The notes: generated by a model not told the origin, from the letters alone. 64,000 nucleotides of DNA from Candidatus Gottesmanbacteria bacterium (GCA_016186795.1 JACPKY010000002.1:529044-593043); one strand, 5' to 3'. Numbered from the stretch's first letter, positions 9,486 to 18,438 are shown. Program-made: numbers and translations.

Positions 9486-10852
9486 CTTTTCGTCAGCTCA
9501 TTGTATAATTTCTCAATTTCCTGCCCCAACGACTTATCTTCTTCAACCATTTTTTGCTCTTCATCTGACAACCACTGGTTTGCTTTCATTGTTGAAACTA
9601 TTTTTTCTGCATTATTTTTCCGCTTTGTTAAAATTTGGAAAAGTTTCTCAACCTTCTCTTTATCAATATTCTCAGCAGTCCGAACCTGTTCCAGCGAAGG
9701 TATTATCGTATTGAGACTATCAATGAGACTTTGCCAGCTGTCGATTTGTTCTTTTGAGTAATTTGGCGGCACATACCCTCCTAAATGGACAACAATCACT
9801 TGTGGGGTACAAGCATCTCGTCCTACGGAAACTTCAGAAATACCAATATCTTGATATTCTTTTGACAAGAGTAAATTTTTTGTCTCGGGAAAAGCCATAA
9901 AATTTTCAACAAGCTCTTCGGCATCATAATGCCCTTGAGTAAAAACCTCTGCGTAAAGGATATTCCTATACCCAGCTTCTTTCACTGCCTGAGACATTTT
10001 TACACCGCTTCTTGTTGCCTCAAAGGAATAGTCATTTGTTGTTATCATGATATTCCCTCGTCTTTTTGCAGAGAGAGAAAGGAGAGGATTAAAAGCTAAA
10101 TTTGGGATATTTTTTTCTTTTCGTTTGCTATTGAGAAGTCTTACAAATTCTTGGCTGTCAAGCGTTTCTGTTTGAGCAAGGAGATAATCGTTTTCGGTAT
10201 TTCGCCAATTCCCTCGATATTCTCCTTGATTTTCCCACGGCAGAACATAGTGAATATCTTCCTCATCAACAAGTCCAATATCAAACCGTGAATCTAGACT
10301 TGCCTTCCGATTATCTCCAAGAATAAAAAACTTTCCAGTTGGAATTGTCAGTTTGATACACGACTGCAAAAACTCCCCGCCATAGGTAGACCTTGGCTTT
10401 GCAGTAAAAGGCTCATCAAGCGTCTTTCCATTTACATACACAAATCCATCACGCAGTTCAATCGTATCACCAGGTAGGGCAACAATACGCTTTACGAATC
10501 CTGTTCTTTCACCGTATTTTTTTTCTGTCAATTCTTCCGTTTTGGCATTTTCAAACTCAACAATATCACCTACTTTCAACGAATAGGCAAAGAGTCTTTT
10601 CCCAAAAAAGGGAATACCTCCAGGGTATCGGCGCATCTTTGGCCATGCAACAATTTCTTTGGCGGCAACGACATCATCTATATTTTCACTTTTGGGAAAC
10701 GTCGGGTACATTGATCCAGTACCTGCAATCTGTATTTCTTCAGATACTAAACCCATGGAGAGAAACAACTGTTGGATATATGGACGGGAGAAATACCAGT
10801 ACCCGGCAAGGAGAACAATGAGGATGACGAGTGAGACCGCCTTCCGTATCAT
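9482..10852 (-). CDS. Signal peptidase I (S26) fused to a CAP/SCP domain and C-terminal helical region
   Basis: GTGSMYPT (Ser), FVKRIVALPGD (Lys), GDNR..S.DSR, then LLNSKR...AGY...DIGIS CAP pattern; start MIRKAV with TATACT just upstream. Confidence 0.8.
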   Translation of the reverse strand: MIRKAVSLVILIVLLAGYWYFSRPYIQQLFLSMGLVSEEIQIAGTGSMYPTFPKSENIDDVVAAKEIVAWPKMRRYPGGIPFFGKRLFAYSLKVGDIVEFENAKTEELTEKKYGERTGFVKRIVALPGDTIELRDGFVYVNGKTLDEPFTAKPRSTYGGEFLQSCIKLTIPTGKFFILGDNRKASLDSRFDIGLVDEEDIHYVLPWENQGEYRGNWRNTENDYLLAQTETLDSQEFVRLLNSKRKEKNIPNLAFNPLLSLSAKRRGNIMITTNDYSFEATRSGVKMSQAVKEAGYRNILYAEVFTQGHYDAEELVENFMAFPETKNLLLSKEYQDIGISEVSVGRDACTPQVIVVHLGGYVPPNYSKEQIDSWQSLIDSLNTIIPSLEQVRTAENIDKEKVEKLFQILTKRKNNAEKIVSTMKANQWLSDEEQKMVEEDKSLGQEIEKLYNELTKR

Positions 10853-10871
10853 GGAACTAGTATAGCGTATT

Positions 10872-12059
10872 TCACCAGGTAAGAATTGCGGGAGAAAATG
10901 TGGTGGTGAGTCGAGAGAGTTCTTTCTTGTACTCAACGACGATTTTTTTCCAATCAAATTCCCGAATGGTTTTTTCCCGAAGTGCAAGGCTAATTTTTTG
11001 CTGCTTCTTTGGGTTCTTCAAAAGCGAGACAAGAGCTCGGTGGATACTTGCAACTTTTGGCTTTACAATAATCCCAGTTTCCCCATCAATAATTAATTCT
11101 TTTGTACCCCCGACATCTGTTGCAATCACCGAACACCCTGATGCTCCGGCTTCTAAAAGTACATTCGGGAACCCTTCAAAATGGTATGAAGGATTTACCA
11201 GTATATCTGTATTTGCCAAAAGTGTAGATATTTCCTCCATATTCAACTCGTGAGTAAAGTAGATACGCTCTTTGGGAAATTGGTGGAGTTTATCATACAC
11301 ATGCCCACCACCTGCAAAGACGAAGTGGAGATGGGGATTTTCCGCAACCATTCCTTTTGCGACATCGTATAGAAGTTGAGGCCCTTTTGTGGGTATCATC
11401 CGTCCCACAAAGGTAATAAGGATATCCTGACTTGTAAGCTTTCCCTTGCCTACTTTTGGAATAGTTCGTCCTTTTTGTCGTTTTGCCGGATTAAAAAAGT
11501 CTGTATCAACTCCCCCATATACCAATACGGGCTCATTAATACCGTAATTTTTGATAAGTTTAAGCGTTGCCTTATTGGTAACAGTAACTGAATCGTATAG
11601 CCTAAGTATAAGAATAGACATAATCCGTTCGATGATTTTGGAGACAACAGTGATTGTTTTTAAGGCATGGATTGGACTGCTACTCGCATGATCGGTAAGA
11701 ATTGTTTTAGCACCAAGCAGTTTTCCAACAAGTGGTGCCCACCATGAATTATCAAAAAACCTGGTATGGGAATTTACAACTTTGTAGTGATTTTTATTGG
11801 CCAACTTCCAAAGTAGACGTATGAGAGAGAAATAGTTCGGAATGGCAAACTGTCCACCGAGAATATCCAAACAGGGAACTCTATAAATCATAAATCCTTT
11901 ATATTCCTCAATACTCGGTGATTTTGTCGTGTTATAACAGATTACATCTACTTGTATCGAAGGATCGCTTTGCATGAGGTGCCTGTGAAGTTCCAGTGCA
12001 TACTGCTGACTTCCACCAACGTGCGGGTAAAAATATGGAGTGATAAGAAGTATCCGCAT
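10872..12059 (-). CDS. GT4 glycosyltransferase
   Basis: YPHVGG, VGRM...KG, EGFPNVLLEA. Confidence 0.9.
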   Translation of the reverse strand: MRILLITPYFYPHVGGSQQYALELHRHLMQSDPSIQVDVICYNTTKSPSIEEYKGFMIYRVPCLDILGGQFAIPNYFSLIRLLWKLANKNHYKVVNSHTRFFDNSWWAPLVGKLLGAKTILTDHASSSPIHALKTITVVSKIIERIMSILILRLYDSVTVTNKATLKLIKNYGINEPVLVYGGVDTDFFNPAKRQKGRTIPKVGKGKLTSQDILITFVGRMIPTKGPQLLYDVAKGMVAENPHLHFVFAGGGHVYDKLHQFPKERIYFTHELNMEEISTLLANTDILVNPSYHFEGFPNVLLEAGASGCSVIATDVGGTKELIIDGETGIIVKPKVASIHRALVSLLKNPKKQQKISLALREKTIREFDWKKIVVEYKKELSRLTTTFSPAILTW

Positions 12060-12063
12060 ATCA

Positions 12064-12849
12064 TCAGTTTCCTTTCACAAGGAAAAGCGCAATAAATCCT
12101 TTCATCGTTCCCAAAGCCTCATACGCATACGACTTGAGAGGAAACTTGGGAAGCATATTATCAACTTTAAGCCTTCTTTCAAGAATAAAGAAAAAATGGG
12201 AAAGTCCCGTTTTTATAACATTTAACTTGCTTATGCCATTGATTCGGACATAGTAGGGAATGTGGTATTCAGAAAACCTGATATCTTTATGATACAACGC
12301 CGCAAGCTTGACTTCCGGAGAGAAGTTCCAATCTCCGCTTTTCAACTTGAGTTTTCCAGCAATATTTTTTCTCATCACCCACATGCCGGTTAAAATATCA
12401 ATGAAATAGTAGCCATACAAAAGTCCAATCCATAAATTCAATATACCAATTCCGAGCCTTCGAAAGAGGGTGATTGACGATTTATTAGTAAGAGGCAACC
12501 TATTACACGATACAAAGTCGATGTTACTTTTCTCCATATATGTCACAATTTCCTCAATTGCTTCAACCGGATAGGTATTATCGCCATCCATAGTCACAAT
12601 ATAGTCGCCTGTTGCGTTCTTTAAACCGGTTTGATGGGCAAACCCATACCCGATACCATTAACGCTCCGCTTTTCTTTGAACACTTTGGCACCACCGTTT
12701 CTCGCAACTTGGGCGGTATTATCAGAAGAGTTATTATCAACCACAAGAACCTCATCAACAAATGATGGAACTTTTGCAAGAAGATGGTAGAGTGCCGCTT
12801 CTTCATTCTTGCATGGAATCACAAGTGTTATGCGTTTCTTAAATAACAT
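12064..12849 (-). CDS. GT2 glycosyltransferase
   Basis: PCKNE, VDNNSSD, MDGDNTYP. Confidence 0.9.
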   Translation of the reverse strand: MLFKKRITLVIPCKNEEAALYHLLAKVPSFVDEVLVVDNNSSDNTAQVARNGGAKVFKEKRSVNGIGYGFAHQTGLKNATGDYIVTMDGDNTYPVEAIEEIVTYMEKSNIDFVSCNRLPLTNKSSITLFRRLGIGILNLWIGLLYGYYFIDILTGMWVMRKNIAGKLKLKSGDWNFSPEVKLAALYHKDIRFSEYHIPYYVRINGISKLNVIKTGLSHFFFILERRLKVDNMLPKFPLKSYAYEALGTMKGFIALFLVKGN

Positions 12850-12878
12850 AGGCGGGTATTATAGCACTAACTATAGGA

Positions 12879-14750
12879 CTAATCAACCTCTGTGCTCTTG
12901 TTTTTTACCTCAAATATGGAAAGCCCTGGATTTTCATAGACGAAGGTAAAATCACTCGGTGTTTGTTTCAATTTCTCTATGCGGCGGTAATCGGCAAGGG
13001 ATAGATCAACCGGTGCCCAGACATTGAAAAAGTAGGCTTGTTTATCCGCAACTGTTGCATTTTGCCAAGCAAAATATCGTCCTCCTACGACAAACAGCCG
13101 CCTATCAGAAGAGTCCAGACGATCGGAAATCTTGGTAAGCCCATCTCGCATTTCGCTTGAATCAGTCGCAATCGTAAGGTCGATTAGAAGTCCTCGTATT
13201 TCTGCATCGGCATATGCCCCTCCTGCACTGTTGATAGTAGAAAGCGCCTCCAAAACATTTTGCGTTGCGGGATCTGAGATAAGAAGAGCAGTACTTCCTC
13301 CATACGTCTTCTTAAGATACTCAGCTGCTTTTACCTCAGAAGGAGAAACCTGCACATACGTGTCTTCATACAAGTTAATGCTTTTGAAATAAGCACTATT
13401 GGTGATAAATATCCCGAGGATGGTAACAAGAAACACCATGTACGCAAGAGAACGAAATAAAGGATTTAGAATTCGGCTAACTATTACGAATAGGCCAAAC
13501 GCAACAATAACATGAACAAAGTATCTTCCTAAAACATAAAACTTCAATACATAGGGAAACTGCGAGATGGTTAAACCAAAAAGGATTAGCGTTACAATTA
13601 TTCCTATACGAGCAAAAACACTTTTTATTTTATAAAGTGCATAAAGGCCAATGGGGAAAAATAAGAGCAAATACCCGTAGGAATTTTGCATAAATTTGAA
13701 TTTATCCGCTAAAGAGAAGGCGTAAAATTGCGCCTCCCCCTTATTAATAAAACCTAAAGGAATGAAATAAGAGGCGATGAGGAAGATAAAAAGAAGGTCA
13801 AAAAGAAACTCAACGATTAAAACGATTCTCATCTTTTCCTCAATTCTTGAGCGGTGATACAGGAAAAGGTATACACCAAGAAGGATTACCACAGCAACGA
13901 AACCTATGATGTAATGCATAAGTAAAAGAAATCCACATGTAAGAATGAGTGCAACCGGAAAATATCTCTCTCTCCTTTTCCAAACTTCAAGAAGGTGACT
14001 TATTAGAAACACAAAAACCAAAGATGTCAACGTTTGTGGAATAAAAAAGAGTGTTGTGTAGACGACATTTGATTCAAAGATAAATGCGCCTATTACTGCC
14101 GATACCGTTGCTACGGTCTCGTTGTCTGTCAGTATCTTTGCCAGAGTAAATGAGGCAAGAATAGTTAAAAATAGATGGAAAAAAGTAATCGATTGCCAGA
14201 AAGAAAGGATGTCGGATGGTACAAGAATCTGGGCGGTTGCGACAAGAGTGTGGAATAGTGAAGAGTATCCGTTAAACGTAAACGCATCAGACATGCGTGA
14301 GGTGAAAAAACTTAAGTGTCCGCGTACAATCTCGTTTGCAAGGATTTGATGCTCGTAAAGATCCCAATTGAGTGGATATGGCGTATGAATCGCCCACACT
14401 CGGGTAATAATAAGTGCCAAAAGAAGAGAGAGGAAGACCGGATAGAAATACTTTGTCGCGTCTTTCATATTTGTTTTCACAAGGTTAAACGCATTAATGG
14501 GAAGAGAAAGGGCCAGAAGTATATACAACGAGTATCGATATACGATGGAAAAAGCGACACTTGGGAAAAATCTCAATACAAAGCTTTCTACAAGGGCAAC
14601 CGCAAAAAGAAAGAGGCTCCCAGTTATAAAATAGAGTACAAATGGAAATGAAATACGTTTTCCCTTCCCCAAAACTGCCCATAACGCTCCCCCAATAAGA
14701 ATCGGGGTAGCATAGAAAAGAACCGCAGAGATAAATGTATTTTCAATCAT
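12879..14750 (-). CDS. Polytopic membrane protein, probably GT-C-like
   Basis: Many TM segments, NWDLYEH loop motif, soluble C-terminal domain, glycosyltransferase context. Confidence 0.55.
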   Translation of the reverse strand: MIENTFISAVLFYATPILIGGALWAVLGKGKRISFPFVLYFITGSLFLFAVALVESFVLRFFPSVAFSIVYRYSLYILLALSLPINAFNLVKTNMKDATKYFYPVFLSLLLALIITRVWAIHTPYPLNWDLYEHQILANEIVRGHLSFFTSRMSDAFTFNGYSSLFHTLVATAQILVPSDILSFWQSITFFHLFLTILASFTLAKILTDNETVATVSAVIGAFIFESNVVYTTLFFIPQTLTSLVFVFLISHLLEVWKRRERYFPVALILTCGFLLLMHYIIGFVAVVILLGVYLFLYHRSRIEEKMRIVLIVEFLFDLLFIFLIASYFIPLGFINKGEAQFYAFSLADKFKFMQNSYGYLLLFFPIGLYALYKIKSVFARIGIIVTLILFGLTISQFPYVLKFYVLGRYFVHVIVAFGLFVIVSRILNPLFRSLAYMVFLVTILGIFITNSAYFKSINLYEDTYVQVSPSEVKAAEYLKKTYGGSTALLISDPATQNVLEALSTINSAGGAYADAEIRGLLIDLTIATDSSEMRDGLTKISDRLDSSDRRLFVVGGRYFAWQNATVADKQAYFFNVWAPVDLSLADYRRIEKLKQTPSDFTFVYENPGLSIFEVKNKSTEVD

Positions 14751-15556
14751 AGAGATTCAACAGATTTTTCCATTCCTTCAAGAACAGTTATATCAAGATG
14801 GGAAACATAATCTTTTGATCCCAACACTGCGTTTTCTTCCACCTCCAATAGGTTTGCATCCCGATTGATCCAAATTTTTTGGTTGGCGGTTGCCGCGATT
14901 TTGATGAATGCGGAAGTTTCGGGGTTCACAATATACACAATAGAGTCATCAATAGGACGGCGCAGTTCATTAATCGTAGGTTGTAACCGTACTTGGTATA
15001 TTTTTGAAAAAAGTTCTAAATCCTCTGGAGTCTGGTATGTATAGAGATTTCCATAGGAGTCGAAAATATAATCACCGCTAAAATACGCGACAGTCATCGC
15101 AGAAGAGGATGCGTTCAACGGTAATGGATCGATAATTGTCCGAGTGATACGAACAGAATTTCCTGATATTGTTGATTGGTAGCCTACAGTTACTTTCCCG
15201 GAAAATGCTATCGATGGATACTGCAAACCGAAGTATTGGAAAATGATACCAAGAATATTCTCCCAATGGGATTTTTGCAGATTCGTTTTTATGGATTTCT
15301 CTTTTAGTTCCTCCTGTGTATAGATACTGGAGCGGACTGCCTGATGGTTAATGATGTAATCATTGTATGGAGAAATCGTATAGAAGTATCGGTCGTTTAT
15401 ACGGAAAAGCGAAAGTCCATTCTCAAATGCTCCGAGGCGAAGACTTCCAACAGGATAGGATTTTTCAATCGGTGCAACAATCACTCCGTAGAGAGAAATT
15501 GCACAAAGAAGGGTAAAAAGAGAAAAGAAAAGAATGCTGACGAAAAAGTTCCTCAT
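14747..15556 (-). CDS. Hypothetical exported or membrane-anchored protein
   Basis: Long ORF with N-terminal hydrophobic helix; ATGA-coupled to the downstream gene. Confidence 0.65.
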   Translation of the reverse strand: MRNFFVSILFFSLFTLLCAISLYGVIVAPIEKSYPVGSLRLGAFENGLSLFRINDRYFYTISPYNDYIINHQAVRSSIYTQEELKEKSIKTNLQKSHWENILGIIFQYFGLQYPSIAFSGKVTVGYQSTISGNSVRITRTIIDPLPLNASSSAMTVAYFSGDYIFDSYGNLYTYQTPEDLELFSKIYQVRLQPTINELRRPIDDSIVYIVNPETSAFIKIAATANQKIWINRDANLLEVEENAVLGSKDYVSHLDITVLEGMEKSVESL

Positions 15557-15628
15557 ACATAATTCCAAGACTTAAGAAATCAATGTCATCTATCAATAAA
15601 GTTCCTCTGCCCACAAATTACTTTGTGA

Positions 15629-15730
15629 TCAGGGGAACAACGAGAACGCACAAATGGCAAAAAGAGTTGGCAAAAGCCAAATAAAAGTCGCAAGCGACTC
15701 TCTTTTTCCAAATCTTTCTTGTTGTTCCAT
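15629..15730 (-). CDS. Putative 33-aa hydrophobic micropeptide MEQQERFGKRESLATFIWLLPTLFAICAFSLFP
   Basis: AAGGAG followed by an A-rich spacer and ATG; single hydrophobic segment; below the ORF-track cutoff. Confidence 0.4.
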   Translation of the reverse strand: MEQQERFGKRESLATFIWLLPTLFAICAFSLFP

Positions 15731-15753
15731 TTTTTTTATTTTCTCCTTGCCTA

Positions 15754-15874
15754 TCGGGCGGGATCTTTTCTGACTCAGTTCAGACTTGTTGGCGGTTGCC
15801 GCTAAGTCTTCACCTCATCAGGTGGATCCCGCCCGAATCGGCGGCCGTTCATGATGGATGCCTCATGAAACGGC
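15754..15874 (-). ncRNA. Candidate structured RNA: multi-branch junction closed by a 12-bp stem, plus an adjacent hairpin
   Basis: TCGGGCGGGATC (15754-65) and GATCCCGCCCGA (15825-36) enclose three hairpins; separate hairpin at 15844-15874. Confidence 0.45.
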
Positions 15875-15876
15875 TT

Positions 15877-17253
15877 TTAGTACTTGGGACGAATGACCTT
15901 GCTGGTCACCTTGTCCTTGGTGATGTCGCCGTAAGGCAGTTCAAGATATCCATCCTTGAGCTCGCACGTCAGCGTGCGGGGACCACCGGCAAGCGGTACA
16001 TCAATACCTTCACTTCCCGTGCCGAATTTGACGCCCTTTGCGATGGTACCATCCTTTTTGGTGACGTCGCACGAAAATCCGCGACCAGTGGGCCAGAACG
16101 CCATCCCGAGTCCGCTTTGATTCGCGGTCCTATAGCCCCCTTCTTCATCCCAGGGCCAGACCGTGATTTTGTATTTACCGGTCCCGGTAATGACAGGCTT
16201 GAGACAAACCGGAACATCGAGGGTGGCATCACCGGAAAGCGGCTCGAAGAGCCAGAGCGCGCTCCAGGCACACGGCTGCGCTTCCTGGGAGCTATGGGTA
16301 ATGAGCCATTTCCCATCGCGATCGTCTTTTTGGAATGTCCCGCCCGCAATGAGCTGGTTGGGGACGCGTTCAAGCGATACATACCCGCCCGTGACATCCA
16401 AGGTAATGAACAGAATCTTTGTCTCGCCGGGTTTGATGTCAACTGGGATGCTTTCGGTGACTTCTTCAGTTCCGAGCATCGCGCCGACACCCGTCAATCC
16501 AAAGTGTACGTCACCACTGCTCACGTTTTTTACCGTGATCACAATGGCCTCCATGCCTGACACGTTCAATCTCGTGCATTCAGCCCATTGAGGGAACGTA
16601 CCTTGTTCGACAATCTTCCCGCTCTCAATCCGCGTCACGAGTGGCTTGTATTTGAGAATCCAGGTGAAGACCGTCGGGTCGTTGCACCGGTCATTATTTG
16701 TCGCATAGACCAGCTCAAAGAACCCGTCGGATAGCTTCTTGAACTCTGTCGCGAAAAACTCTTTGCCCGCCGTGACGTAGCCGTCGCTGTCCGTCTCGCC
16801 CTGTTGTTCGACCCACGGCGCATTGCCACCAGATGCCGGAGCCGGCGTTTCGGTCGGTTTCGGCGGCGCCGTGGTTTCGGTCGGCGGTGGTTCATTGCTG
16901 GGCGTTCCCGTCGGCACGGTCGTTGAAGTCATCGCGATGACCGTGGACGTCACCGCTGGCGGCTCTTTAGTCGCTGTCGCCGCGGGTGGCGGATTCGTTG
17001 CCGTAGCCGCGGGCGGGACCGCTGTTGCCGCTGCAGGCAAGGTTTCCGTCGCCACAACCGCTGGCGGGGTTTCCGTGGCTGCGGGCGGCGGATTCGTTGC
17101 CGTAGCCGCGGGCGCGCTGGTTGCCGCTGCAACGGTTGTCGGAGTCGCGCGGCGAGACGTTGCTGGCGCAAGCGCACATCCAACTGCCACTGACGCAAGC
17201 AAGAAAAGGAGCAATCCTGCGATCGCCCCTGGCAAATTGATTCGAATTTTCAC
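15877..17253 (-). CDS. Putative lipoprotein with Pro/Thr/Ala-rich stalk and Cys-containing C-terminal domain
   Basis: GTG start after AGGAGGAG; hydrophobic signal ending VAVG-C; PAATATNPPPAAT repeats; six Cys in the C-terminal region; GC-rich. Confidence 0.75.
   Translation of the reverse strand: MKIRINLPGAIAGLLLFLLASVAVGCALAPATSRRATPTTVAAATSAPAATATNPPPAATETPPAVVATETLPAAATAVPPAATATNPPPAATATKEPPAVTSTVIAMTSTTVPTGTPSNEPPPTETTAPPKPTETPAPASGGNAPWVEQQGETDSDGYVTAGKEFFATEFKKLSDGFFELVYATNNDRCNDPTVFTWILKYKPLVTRIESGKIVEQGTFPQWAECTRLNVSGMEAIVITVKNVSSGDVHFGLTGVGAMLGTEEVTESIPVDIKPGETKILFITLDVTGGYVSLERVPNQLIAGGTFQKDDRDGKWLITHSSQEAQPCAWSALWLFEPLSGDATLDVPVCLKPVITGTGKYKITVWPWDEEGGYRTANQSGLGMAFWPTGRGFSCDVTKKDGTIAKGVKFGTGSEGIDVPLAGGPRTLTCELKDGYLELPYGDITKDKVTSKVIRPKY
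16980..17135 (-). repeat. Internal ~99-nt (33-codon) duplication in the stalk
   Basis: GGCGGATTCGTTGCCGTAGCCGCGGGCG occurs near 16988 and near 17087. Confidence 0.8.
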
Positions 17254-17267
17254 TTGTTTATCTCCTC

Positions 17268-17870
17268 CTACTTCAAGCCGCTCAACCAAGTATTTAGCTT
17301 GGCATCATCGGCTTCCATCAAACCGCGTACAATCTTTTCCGCTTTCACGCGGTCGCCGCGGAAAATTGTCAGAAGGCTGATATCCGGTTGTGCAAGCTCT
17401 CTGACGAGACCCCACTGATGTGGATCCATTGCCGCGATGACCTTCGCCTTGGCGATTTCCATCCCGGCGAGCGCGAACAATGTCGCGTTCTTTGTCGCAT
17501 CAATCTCCTTGGCAAGTCCAGCGAGGAACGTCAATTTCGCCGGCCCGACTCCTTTGAACGCTTTGGGTAATTCGATGAGTTCATCAAGGGAAACGCCTTG
17601 TTTCTTGATTTTTTCGATAAACTCAACGACCTCCGCCACCAACTGCGGATCAAGACCCGTCGCCGCGCTGGCGCGAATTGCCATTTCCGTTGCAATCAGG
17701 GCAAGGACGAACCCAGCCACTCCCACCAACGCGGTGTAAAAGTAGCCGGTGCCCACGAGGTCATTTTCGACCTCATACGCCGAGATTTGGGTGGCAAAAA
17801 GCCATGACGCGAGTAGCCCAACCACCGCGGACAGCCCAACAGGAAGAACTAAACTTCGTAACACTTTCAT
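17268..17870 (-). CDS. Hypothetical membrane protein (2 TM plus helical domain)
   Basis: GGGAGGA SD before ATG; two hydrophobic helices; GC-rich. Confidence 0.75.
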   Translation of the reverse strand: MKVLRSLVLPVGLSAVVGLLASWLFATQISAYEVENDLVGTGYFYTALVGVAGFVLALIATEMAIRASAATGLDPQLVAEVVEFIEKIKKQGVSLDELIELPKAFKGVGPAKLTFLAGLAKEIDATKNATLFALAGMEIAKAKVIAAMDPHQWGLVRELAQPDISLLTIFRGDRVKAEKIVRGLMEADDAKLNTWLSGLK

Positions 17871-18240
17871 GATTTTTCCTCCCTGAATCTAGCCAACGAT
17901 CTGTTGGCTCTTTTTTGACGAAAAGATTTCACCCCTTTGGTGAATTCGTTCACGTCATAGTTGCTCCTTTCTTTTTCCTCTGAGATTTTTTTGTTTTCCG
18001 ATTTGAAGATGCCGGGAGTTCTGCGGATAACTTTTGTTGTCAGCAAAAATCCCGACACCTTCTTGGGAAAAGGAAGAAGCTGTTTCAAGGAATGTTCTCG
18101 ACTACGCTCGAACAATAAAAAAGCACGTATTGTGTAAATTCAGTTATGGAGAAAATAATATGCCCACCTCCGCGACGAATTTCGCTTCGGCGGACAATGC
18201 GTTCTCGTTTGTTAATGTGCATATCTTGCAACAAAATAGT

Positions 18241-18258
18241 TTCCTCACATGTGAGGAA
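18241..18258. promoter_or_regulatory. Perfect 18-bp palindrome TTCCTCACATGTGAGGAA (candidate operator)
   Basis: Self-complementary; flanked by TTGCAAC (18226-32) and GTTGCAA (18265-71). Confidence 0.4.
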
Positions 18259-18365
18259 CATTCAGTTGCAAAAAGTCCTAAGCCTTATGGGTTTGTACGG
18301 AAATACCTAAGCTCAGGGAAAAAATCTCGAAAAAAGACTTTTTCTCTGGGCTTATTCCATCAAAT

Positions 18366-18438
18366 GGATTCGTCGCTTCGCTCCTCACCATATGTGGCAG
18401 TAAAACTCACTGCGTTCGTTAACTGCCACATAAAATCC
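18366..18438. repeat. REP-like palindromic element
   Basis: CGCTTCGCTCCTC motif, then an 11-bp stem TATGTGGCAGT/ACTGCCACATA with CTCACTGCGTTCG in the loop. Confidence 0.55.

Noticed and set aside
10853-10987. N-terminal extension of the signal peptidase overlapping the GT4 gene
   Set aside because: A better start at 10852 has a -10 box upstream and a TM helix immediately after.
15766-15822. Hammerhead ribozyme (CTGATGA ... GAAA on the minus strand)
   Set aside because: CTGATGA sits in its own CACCT/AGGTG hairpin, stem II lacks the G-C pair before GAAA, and I found no stem III with a UH site.
15796-17807. Long antisense and alternate-frame ORFs over the GC-rich island
   Set aside because: Shadow ORFs expected at high GC; the minus-strand genes have SD sequences, a signal peptide and coherent composition.
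18366-18438. Integron attC site
   Set aside because: The internal motifs are reminiscent, but no flanking RYYYAAC/GTTRRRY boxes are properly placed and no integrase is present.
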